A stretch of DNA of 64,000 bases from Thermoplasmata archaeon (GTDB taxonomy: Archaea; Thermoplasmatota; Thermoplasmata; Lutacidiplasmatales; UBA184): the NCBI GenBank assembly GCA_035656255.1, contig DASRSV010000030.1, positions 1,338-65,337 on the forward strand. The letters are read 5' to 3'. The position numbers and the translations under genes are program-made. The number at the start of each line of letters is the position of its first letter. The stretch's first letter is position 1. Under the pieces are notes generated by a model that did no database searches, had not been told where the DNA came from, and was given only the letters and a program-made list of their open reading frames with translations. Below are positions 56,661-64,000 of the stretch, piece by piece.

Positions 56661-58004
56661 TCAGGATGCTCGGGGGCGGGCGGCGATGACCTCGCGCGCC
56701 GCCCGATAGCCGGTTTCGATCGCCCCGTGGACGGTAGCGGAGTCGCCTCCGTCATGGGCCGCCTCACCGGCGAAGAAGAGACGCCGCTCGAGCGGCTCCG
56801 CGAGACGGGTCCGTTCCTCGAGTCGGCAGCCCACCCCCAGAAACGAGTAGGCGCCGAGCGCGTACGGGTCACGTATCCACCGGCGGATCGCGGTTCGCCG
56901 CGGCGCCCCGACCGAGGGTCCCTCCGGTGCGACCGACCGCAGCTCGTCGAGCGTGCTGGCGATCAGCTCGGGGTCGGCGAGGTCCGTGCGACGAACCGCC
57001 TCGCGGCCGGTCGTGAACGCCGAGAGGACCACGTCCCCCCCGTCGACCCGCGGGAGCGACCGGAGGAAGGTGCTCGCGGTTCCCGCCCAGAGGAGGACCG
57101 TCGTCCGAAGCGTGCGCGGGAGGTCCTCGCGGCGAAACCGTAGGTGGACGGTCATCGCATCGCCGAAGGAGATCGCCCGAACGGCGCGTTGCTTGGTCTC
57201 GGGAAGCTCGGGAGTGAACGCGATCGCCCCGACCTTCAGGACCGACAGCGGTACGGTCACCACGACGGCCCGCGTCCGGAATTCGCTCGGTGCGTCAGGG
57301 CCGGCTTCGACCCCGACGCGCACCTCGGGTGAGCTCCAGTCGATCGTGCGGACCGGCGAGGAGCGTCGCAGCCGGTCCCCGAGCTGGGCGGCGCGCCGCT
57401 CCATGAGCGTCGAGTATCCCTCCGCGACCCGGTAGTTGTGGAACCCGAACCGCTCGCGCTCGCGTCCGACCTCCTCGGCCGGGCCGATGACGCCGAGGCG
57501 GTCCGCATCCGTGGCGTAGGTGTGGCAGCTCAGAAGGTCGGAAAGCAGGCGGGCCGCGGGCCCGGGGCGCGCCCGGTCCATGAACTCCCCCCAGGAGAGA
57601 TCCGGACCGGAGTACTCTCGGCGGGCGCGCGGGAGGCGCCGCGTGGCGTCGAGGTAGGCGCGGGTCCCGAACGTCGGATGGAACGGAAGGACGAGGTAGG
57701 GCGTCGAGGCGAATCGATCCCCGACGCGAAACACCGCCCGCTGGGTAGTACGGAACCGATACGCGCGCAGCCCGAGCTCACGCACCCACCGGTGGGTGAC
57801 GACGTGCCGCCCGTGGATCATGAGGGCCCCCTGCTCCACGGGGACCCCCCCCGCGATCTCGAAGTTGGTGTGGGCCCGGCCTCCGACCCGGTCGGAGGCC
57901 TCGAGGACGATCACGCCGACGCCGGCCCGTTGGAGCTCCGTGGCGCAGGCGAGGCCCGCCGGCCCCGCGCCGACGACGATCGCGTCGACGCTCGGAGCGG
58001 CCAC
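56661..58004 (-). CDS. Flavin monoamine oxidase family protein
   Basis: VVGAGPAGL, LEASDRVGGR, VTVPL, W..DPY..GAYS, FAGEA, TVHGAIETG. Confidence 0.9.
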   Translation of the reverse strand: MAAPSVDAIVVGAGPAGLACATELQRAGVGVIVLEASDRVGGRAHTNFEIAGGVPVEQGALMIHGRHVVTHRWVRELGLRAYRFRTTQRAVFRVGDRFASTPYLVLPFHPTFGTRAYLDATRRLPRARREYSGPDLSWGEFMDRARPGPAARLLSDLLSCHTYATDADRLGVIGPAEEVGRERERFGFHNYRVAEGYSTLMERRAAQLGDRLRRSSPVRTIDWSSPEVRVGVEAGPDAPSEFRTRAVVVTVPLSVLKVGAIAFTPELPETKQRAVRAISFGDAMTVHLRFRREDLPRTLRTTVLLWAGTASTFLRSLPRVDGGDVVLSAFTTGREAVRRTDLADPELIASTLDELRSVAPEGPSVGAPRRTAIRRWIRDPYALGAYSFLGVGCRLEERTRLAEPLERRLFFAGEAAHDGGDSATVHGAIETGYRAAREVIAARPRAS

Positions 58005-58093
58005 CGGTACCTGCGACGAGGGGGCCAGAGCGCCCTACCCCCCGACCCCACGAGCGGAGGGCCGGGCGGCGGAGCTCGTCGCCCACCCTCGCG

Positions 58094-58552
58094 CTATCGA
58101 ACCAGCTCCTTCGCCATGATGCGGTTCGTCGTCCGGTACCCCAGCTTCTCGTAGAGTCCGATCGCGTTCGCGTTGTGCCCGAAGACGTGAAGGGCGATCG
58201 ACGTCGCTCCGCGGATCCGAGCGAACTCCTCCGCCGCCCGCATCGCTTCGGCGGCGAAGCCTCGACGCCGGTACCTCGGGTACACCTCGAGATCGTACAC
58301 GTACGCGCCCGGGGATCCGTCGGCGCGGCGGTCCGCGACCCAGAGGTGCCCCACCGCGTCGCCGACGCCGTCGGCGCGGATCTGGAACAGGAACTGACCA
58401 GGGGTCTCCACGCCCGTCGGGAGGAGACGGTCGAACTCCGCCCGGGCCCGGTCGATCGAGCCGGCTTCCTCCCACCGGCCGGAGCGTACGTGCTCGGCGG
58501 CATACTGTCGGATCGCCGGCTCGATGTACCCGCGGAACTGCTCCGCCGTCAT
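58094..58552 (-). CDS. GNAT acetyltransferase
   Basis: YRRRGFA, LHVFGHNANAIGLYEKLGY. Confidence 0.9.
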   Translation of the reverse strand: MTAEQFRGYIEPAIRQYAAEHVRSGRWEEAGSIDRARAEFDRLLPTGVETPGQFLFQIRADGVGDAVGHLWVADRRADGSPGAYVYDLEVYPRYRRRGFAAEAMRAAEEFARIRGATSIALHVFGHNANAIGLYEKLGYRTTNRIMAKELVR

Positions 58553-58590
58553 CGGCTCGAGGAGGACGCCGGGCGGAACGGTACACCCCC

Positions 58591-58944
58591 TCAGGCGCGC
58601 TTCGCCTTCGGCGCGAGCTTGCCCGCGAACTTGAGCGAGCGCTCAACCCAACCGGACGCCCGCTTGGGGTCGCCCAAGACCGACGGGGGAAGCACCACGT
58701 ATTCGGACATCGGGCGCCCTGGCATCGGCTCGAGCGGATGCGCTCCCGCGACCTTCCCGAGCTCCGCACGGTCGGTCTCGGCGAGACGCACGAACACCTC
58801 GTCGCCGTACACGCCGAAGAATAGGTTGCCGTTCACGAAGGCCGCCGGCTGGCCGAACATCTTGCGGACCGCGACATTCGGCTTCTGGGGTCGGAGGGCG
58901 TCGAACCGTGCGACCGCCTCCGGCGCGGACTTCGGGATCTTCAT
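58591..58944 (-). CDS. TfoX N-terminal domain protein
   Basis: RKMFGQPAAFVNGNLF, VRL, PMPGRPMSEYV. Confidence 0.85.
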   Translation of the reverse strand: MKIPKSAPEAVARFDALRPQKPNVAVRKMFGQPAAFVNGNLFFGVYGDEVFVRLAETDRAELGKVAGAHPLEPMPGRPMSEYVVLPPSVLGDPKRASGWVERSLKFAGKLAPKAKRA

Positions 58945-59044
58945 CGGCGTCCCCCGAGGGTCCGCCCGGAGGATGAAGCCTCCCGGGGCGCCCGCGCGAG
59001 TAAATACAGGAGGGCGTTCGTCCCCTTGGGAGCCACGAGAACAA

Positions 59045-59838
59045 TGAGCTTGAGCGTTCGCAGCGTAACGGTCGGATGCCTCGCGGTGCTCGTCCTCGCC
59101 TACGCTGCGCCGGGCCTCGCCCTCGCGACGGGCAGCGTTCATCGCGGCCTCATCATGCACGGGACGACGACGTCGTCCAGCACCAACTGGGCCGGTTACG
59201 CGGTGACCTCGGGACGACACACGGTCACGGATGTGAAAGGCTCCTGGATCGTTCCCTCGATCCACGGTTCGTGCCCGTCATCGAACCAGTACTCGTCGTT
59301 CTGGGTCGGGATCGACGGCTTCAGCAGCTCGACCGTCGAGCAGACAGGAACGGACTCCGACTGCCAGAGCGGCAGCGCGGTCTACTACGCGTGGTACGAG
59401 TTCTTCCCGAAGCCCTCGCATCTCATCACGACGCTCACGGTCTCGGCAGGGGACACGATCAGCGCTGAGGTCTCGTTTGCCGGCACCTCGTTCAAGGCGA
59501 CGATCAAGGACGTGACGACCGGAAAGTCGTTCTCGACCTCGGCGAACGTCAAGGCACAACGGAATTCGGCGGAGTGGATCGCCGAGGCGCCGTCCGGGAG
59601 CGGTGGGATCCTTCCGCTCGCCGATTTCGGTAACGTCTCCTTCGGCACGGATTACACGAGCGTCGCGAGCACGAACGACGCGACGATCTCGGGATCGACG
59701 CACGTCATCGGGGGCTTCACGAACATCCAGCTCATCGATATGATCAACAATGCCGGCACCGCGGCGAAAGCGACGCCGTCGGCGTTATCGACGGACGGGT
59801 CGAGCTTTACCGTCGCCTGGAACAGCGCGGGTCCATAG
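59045..59838 (+). CDS. G1-family glutamic peptidase (eqolisin-like), secreted
   Basis: SSTNWAGYA, WVGIDG, VEQTGT (catalytic Q), AWYE, SAEWIAEAP (catalytic E), LADFG. Confidence 0.9.
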
Positions 59839-59874
59839 CGCCGAGCATCCGCGGCCGCCGCGCCCTCGCCCCAA

Positions 59875-60345
59875 TCAGCGGCCCTTTCGGTCCTCGCCGA
59901 TCGCCCGGGCGATCCGGCGCCACGCGGCCGCGTCCTCGGTCCGGATCCGCTGGGCGAACGCGCGCAACGACGCGGGCGTCGGGCGGCGGCGGTGTCGCTC
60001 GAACTGAAGGCCCGTGAACCGAAAGCGCGAGGACCCCCGGGGCCCGGCCCTCAGTTCGTAGAGGAACTGCGAGTGCGTGGTGGGGCCGGTGATGTGGGTC
60101 GAGGTCCAGAGCAATCGGTCAGGGTACAGGCGCACCAGTTTCGTCTTTACGACTGGGCCACCGGAGTGTCGAAACGTATCGATGAGGAGGATCGTCGAAG
60201 GGTCGAGCACCGTCACGCTGCGGCGTCCGTCCTCGCCCATCAGATCCAGGTCGCTCGGCCGATAGTCGGTCAGCCACTCGAACGCCGCTCGGGGCGGCGC
60301 CGGGATCGCTTGCTCGAACCGGTAGGCGACGGACCACGGCCACAT
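59875..60345 (-). CDS. Hypothetical protein, SRPBCC-like
   Basis: IPAPPRAAFEWLTDY, beta strands, C-terminal helix. Confidence 0.65.
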   Translation of the reverse strand: MWPWSVAYRFEQAIPAPPRAAFEWLTDYRPSDLDLMGEDGRRSVTVLDPSTILLIDTFRHSGGPVVKTKLVRLYPDRLLWTSTHITGPTTHSQFLYELRAGPRGSSRFRFTGLQFERHRRRPTPASLRAFAQRIRTEDAAAWRRIARAIGEDRKGR

Positions 60346-60510
60346 CGGCGCGCGCGAGTTGCCGCCCACGATTACCGTGTCGGGCAGCGGTGGGCGTGCC
60401 GGCGCGACGGTCGCTCAATGGCCCGACCACCAGCGGGCCCTCGTGCCACTGCCACGGCGGCGCCTCGCGCCCCCTCGCGGGATTCGGCGACGAACGTATG
60501 AGGGCGGTGC

Positions 60511-60969
60511 ATGATACGGTCTGTCAGACACATGGTTCGGGATTCCACGGCGAGGGCGAGCCCGGCTCGGAGAATCGGCTCGATCAATCGGCGCCGGGTG
60601 GCGGCGGCGGTGTCCGCCGCGGCAATCCTGCTCGTCGGATTCGCCGCGATCGGTGCGGCGGGCGCTTCGGCGACCGGCCCGCGGTCCGCCGGCCTCAGGA
60701 GCGGTACGGCCGTACTCGTTTCGGCGTCCGCGGTCCCCCTGGCCTGGGGACCCCCAGCCCTTCACTACCGAACCCTCGCGGTCGCGCATCCGCTCGGGAG
60801 CACCTCGGCTCCGGCGACGGTAGCACCGTTCAGCTCCAGTCTCTCCGCGGCTTCTCCCGCCATCGGCGGGACGGTCACAATGGGTGCCGGTGGAGGCTTC
60901 GCGCCGATGATGCACTGTTCCCACATGGCGCAGACCCAGGACTCGAGCACTCTCGGTACCGCTCGATAG
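60511..60969 (+). CDS. Hypothetical exported protein
   Basis: Basic N-region and hydrophobic helix, Ala/Ser-rich. Confidence 0.45.
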   Translation: MIRSVRHMVRDSTARASPARRIGSINRRRVAAAVSAAAILLVGFAAIGAAGASATGPRSAGLRSGTAVLVSASAVPLAWGPPALHYRTLAVAHPLGSTSAPATVAPFSSSLSAASPAIGGTVTMGAGGGFAPMMHCSHMAQTQDSSTLGTAR

Positions 60970-61147
60970 TCCCGAGGTCTGCCCCCTAGGGGCGCCTCCG
61001 TCGGTGCGATCCACGTCCCGCGGGAACGGCGTCGCCCGCCCAGGGAGGAGCGTCCGATCTCCGCCCCGCGACGGGACGTTCGCACGGCGACGTTTCGAGG
61101 AGCATCCCTCATGTGGTCCGTTGAATCGAGCCGGTGGCCTCGAGCCC

Positions 61148-61897
61148 ATGGCGGGTCGGAAGAAATCCAGGGGAACCCCCGACGGGAGTGCCATCACCCT
61201 CGTCATCGACATCGGTGGAACGCACGTCAAGTTGTACACGTCACGCCGAACGACCGGCACGAAATTCCCGTCGGGTCCGAAGATGACCCCGTCGGAGTTC
61301 CTAACGCGGTTCCGGAAGCAGACCCATTACTGGCGCTACGGTCGGGTGTCGATCGGATACCCGGGTCCGGTGTTCCACGGTCGACCGGTCGCGAACCCTC
61401 CGAACCTCGGGAAGGGCTGGACGGGATTCCAATTCGGCCGCGCCCTCCGCCGGCCGGTCCGGATCGTGAACGACGCGGTGCTCCAGGCGATCGGCGCCTA
61501 CCGCGGTGGCCGGATGCTGTTCCTCGGGTTCGGCACGGGGCTCGGAACGGCCCTCATCGTCGACGGCCGTGTCGAAGCGATGGAGATCGGCCACCTGCCG
61601 TTCCGCAAGGGGCGGAGCTACGAGGATTATGTCGGTGAGCGGGGGCTCCTTCGGCTTGGGAAGCGGCGGTGGCGCCGAAAGGTGTTCACCGTGATCGAGG
61701 AGTTTCGGGCCGCTTTGGAACCGGAGTACGTCGTGGTGGGCGGTGGGAATGCGGCGCTGCTCCGACAGCTCCCTCCCAAAACGGCGCGGGTCGATAACCG
61801 GGCCGGCTTCACCGGCGGGCTGCGGCTCTGGGAGACGGAGATCGGGGGAGGTCATCTCGACCTCGGCCGGCCGTCGTCGGGCTCTCCGCGGGCGTAG
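61148..61897 (+). CDS. ROK family sugar kinase (polyphosphate glucokinase-like)
   Basis: IDIGGT.VK, IGYPGPV, NLGKGW, NDA..QA, GFGTGLG, EIGH, GGGN. Confidence 0.88.
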   Translation: MAGRKKSRGTPDGSAITLVIDIGGTHVKLYTSRRTTGTKFPSGPKMTPSEFLTRFRKQTHYWRYGRVSIGYPGPVFHGRPVANPPNLGKGWTGFQFGRALRRPVRIVNDAVLQAIGAYRGGRMLFLGFGTGLGTALIVDGRVEAMEIGHLPFRKGRSYEDYVGERGLLRLGKRRWRRKVFTVIEEFRAALEPEYVVVGGGNAALLRQLPPKTARVDNRAGFTGGLRLWETEIGGGHLDLGRPSSGSPRA

Positions 61898-61968
61898 CGC
61901 TCCGCCGTGGCTCCGCCGATCCGCACGACGGCATCAAGCAGATATCGGTCCGACCGGCTCTCCCCCCG

Positions 61969-62382
61969 ATGGCTCCTCCCCGACTCCGGTTCGGTTACGC
62001 AGGGATCCGCGTCCGCGACCTGCGCCGTTCGCTCGCGTTCTACCGCGGCATGGGATTCCGCATCCACCGTCGGGGGAAGATGGAGCACGGCGGCGAGTGG
62101 GTCCACTTACGCTACGGTCGACAGATGCAGAAGCTCGAACTGAACTTCTATCCGCCCGGGAGCCGATTCCATGAGCCGTACCGCGCGGGGACCGAACTCG
62201 ACCATCTCGGATTCTTCACTTCGGACGTCGACTACTGGGTCCAGCGGGCGCGGAGGCTCGGTGCGACCGTCGCCGTCGATTTTTCCGAGACGCGCGAGCG
62301 GCTCGCCTACGTCCGCGACCCGAACGGGATCTGGATCGAGTTCTGCGGACCCCCCCGTGCGGCCAAACGACCGGCGAAGTAG
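61969..62382 (+). CDS. VOC/glyoxalase family protein (paralog of 39432-39917)
   Basis: GIRVRDLRRSLAFY, LELNFYPPGSRF, DHLGF, RDPNGIWIE. Confidence 0.88.
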   Translation: MAPPRLRFGYAGIRVRDLRRSLAFYRGMGFRIHRRGKMEHGGEWVHLRYGRQMQKLELNFYPPGSRFHEPYRAGTELDHLGFFTSDVDYWVQRARRLGATVAVDFSETRERLAYVRDPNGIWIEFCGPPRAAKRPAK

Positions 62383-62531
62383 TCGGATCGCGCCGAACGG
62401 GCCGGCCGAAAAGCGCGGAGTCCTTCGTCCGTGAGCTCCGCCTCGGGCACGGACCACCATCCCGCGACCGGATGCCCTCCGTGGACCCCGTATTCGGGGG
62501 TTTGAAATACGAAAAGTCCGATGCGCCCGCG

Positions 62532-63416
62532 ATGGCGCAAACGGGAACGGTCGCTCCCCCTCCCGAAGCCGTTCGTCAGGGCGTCGGACGGGGCGTGGCC
62601 GTAGCGGTGGTGGTCGTCGTAGGCGTGGCGGCGCTGGGCGCCGGCATCGAGATCGGTCGAACCGTCCTCGCCCCCAGTACGAGCTCGAAGGCCCACTTTC
62701 TGATCGTCGGGACGAACATCCCGTTCCCGCCGTTCGAGAACTTCAACACGACGACGGGCCTCTACGAGGGATTCGACATCAACTTCTCCGCCATGGTCGC
62801 GTTCGCAGCGCACCGGACGCTCGTTATCCAGAACTATGCGGACTTCGGGGTCCTCCTGCTGGACGCGGGGAAGGGGGCGGTCGATATGGCCGCCTCGGCG
62901 ATCACGATGTCGGGCAGCGCGGGAGCGACCCGGAACGGGACCATGTCGTTCTCGATCCCGTACTACAACGCGAACCAGGCCGTACTTGTCCGGAGCGGCA
63001 GCACGTTGAGCTGTCCGAGCAACACCTGTACCCAGGTTCAGCTCGAGTCGCTCATCGTCGGGGTCCAGTCGGGAACGACGAGCGAGACGTGGGCGAACAC
63101 GTACCTCGCGCCGAACATGTCGAACCCGACGAACCAGCTCAAGCACTTCACGACGGTCGATGTGGAGATCGCCTCGCTCTCGGCCGGCGCGCTGGACGCG
63201 GTCATCATCGACAACCCGATCGCCACCTCCTACGCCGGCGGCTCCGGTGGGAAGCTCAAGGTCGCGGGCCAGATCATCACCGGCGAGCTGTACGGGTTCG
63301 CCGTGGCCCACGGCGACCCGGAGGGCCTCGTGCCGATCATCAACAGCGTCATCGCGCAGTCGATGACGAACGGGACGTACCAAAAGCTCATCTCCGAGTG
63401 GTTCGGCCACCCGTAG
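62532..63416 (+). CDS. Polar amino-acid ABC transporter substrate-binding protein
   Basis: TM anchor, VGTNIPFPPFE, GFDI, FSIPYY, VGVQSGTT, ELYGFAV, GTYQKL..EWF. Confidence 0.92.
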   Translation: MAQTGTVAPPPEAVRQGVGRGVAVAVVVVVGVAALGAGIEIGRTVLAPSTSSKAHFLIVGTNIPFPPFENFNTTTGLYEGFDINFSAMVAFAAHRTLVIQNYADFGVLLLDAGKGAVDMAASAITMSGSAGATRNGTMSFSIPYYNANQAVLVRSGSTLSCPSNTCTQVQLESLIVGVQSGTTSETWANTYLAPNMSNPTNQLKHFTTVDVEIASLSAGALDAVIIDNPIATSYAGGSGGKLKVAGQIITGELYGFAVAHGDPEGLVPIINSVIAQSMTNGTYQKLISEWFGHP

Positions 63417-63464
63417 GGTCCCGCCCGCGGAGGGAGCGGTCCTCGCGCGGGAAGGAGGGGGAGG

Positions 63465-64000
63465 GTCGCGGACCGGGTACGGCTCCCGTCGCGTGTCGCC
63501 GACCGCCTCACCTCCGAGCGGTTCTGGCTGCGCATCGCCTACGCCGCGAGCGCCACCTGGGGTGCGTTCGTCCTGGTCCTGTGGCTCGGGGTCGTCGGCG
63601 TCTATGACCTCCGCTACGCCCTGCTCATCCTCCCGTCGCTCGTCACCGGGTTCATCGTCACGGCGCAGCTCATCGCCGTGGTGATCCCGCTCGGGTTCAC
63701 CGTCGGATTCTTCGTCGGTTGGGCGCGGACGACTCGGTACGCGGTGCTCCGCGGGGTCGGCGCCGCCTACGTCGACTTCTTCCGGAGCATGCCCCCGATC
63801 GTCCTGATCGCCTTCGCCTCGCTCATCGGGCTCACGGCCCTGCGCACGAGCGGGAGCGACCCGTACCTCGCGTTCTCCATCTCCCGGTGGTTGGGCGTGG
63901 TCGCCCTCGGCCTCCACACGGCGGCCTACCAGGCGGAAATCGTTCGGGCGGGGATCCTCTCGGTGCCGCGGGGCCAGGTCGAGGCCGCGGAGTCCGTCGG
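63465..64000 (+). CDS. Polar amino-acid ABC permease (3' truncated, start unresolved)
   Basis: Open frame absent from the ORF track: LPSLVTGFIVTAQL, YVDFFRSMPPIV, ALGLHTAAYQAEIVRAGILSVPRGQVEAA. Confidence 0.85.

Noticed and set aside
60511..60969. Fifth member of the secreted cysteine family
   Set aside because: It has a signal-like helix but lacks the WxP, DxTN and cysteine pattern
62532..64000. Amber readthrough fusing the binding protein and permease
   Set aside because: The linker is low-complexity and basic, the predicted topology puts the permease N-terminus inside while the binding domain is outside, and no pyl genes are in the window
1..64000. Many long Arg/Gly/Pro-rich overlapping ORFs
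   Set aside because: Expected antisense and off-frame artefacts in very GC-rich DNA; they overlap well-supported genes and carry no motifs

Overview
High-GC archaeal DNA. The gene set (Nop5, fibrillarin, GINS, L15e, LX, prefoldin alpha and beta, Pcc1, PAC2, thermopsin, A1-U72 tRNA-Gln) points to an acidophilic Thermoplasmata-type organism; this taxonomy is an inference. Positions 1-34.6 kb are mostly housekeeping genes, with a lone VirD4/HerA-like ATPase, a three-gene KaiC/RAD55 operon (one intact member, two degenerate), a ThiI lacking its PP-loop and an Mrr-like/TPR fusion. tRNA-Gln(TTG) at 34597-34669 opens an accessory region. A 3.25-kb islet bounded by a duplicated tRNA 3' end carries a 12-repeat secreted kelch protein and what looks like the C-terminal remnant of a casposon-type Cas1 (casposase). 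The rest of the window holds stress and detoxification genes, secreted acid proteases and an ABC transporter. Four dispersed paralogs of an unrecognised ~300-aa secreted, cysteine-patterned beta-rich family are present. No CRISPR array, rRNA or intact integrase was seen. All family calls come from motif recognition by eye, not from database searches.
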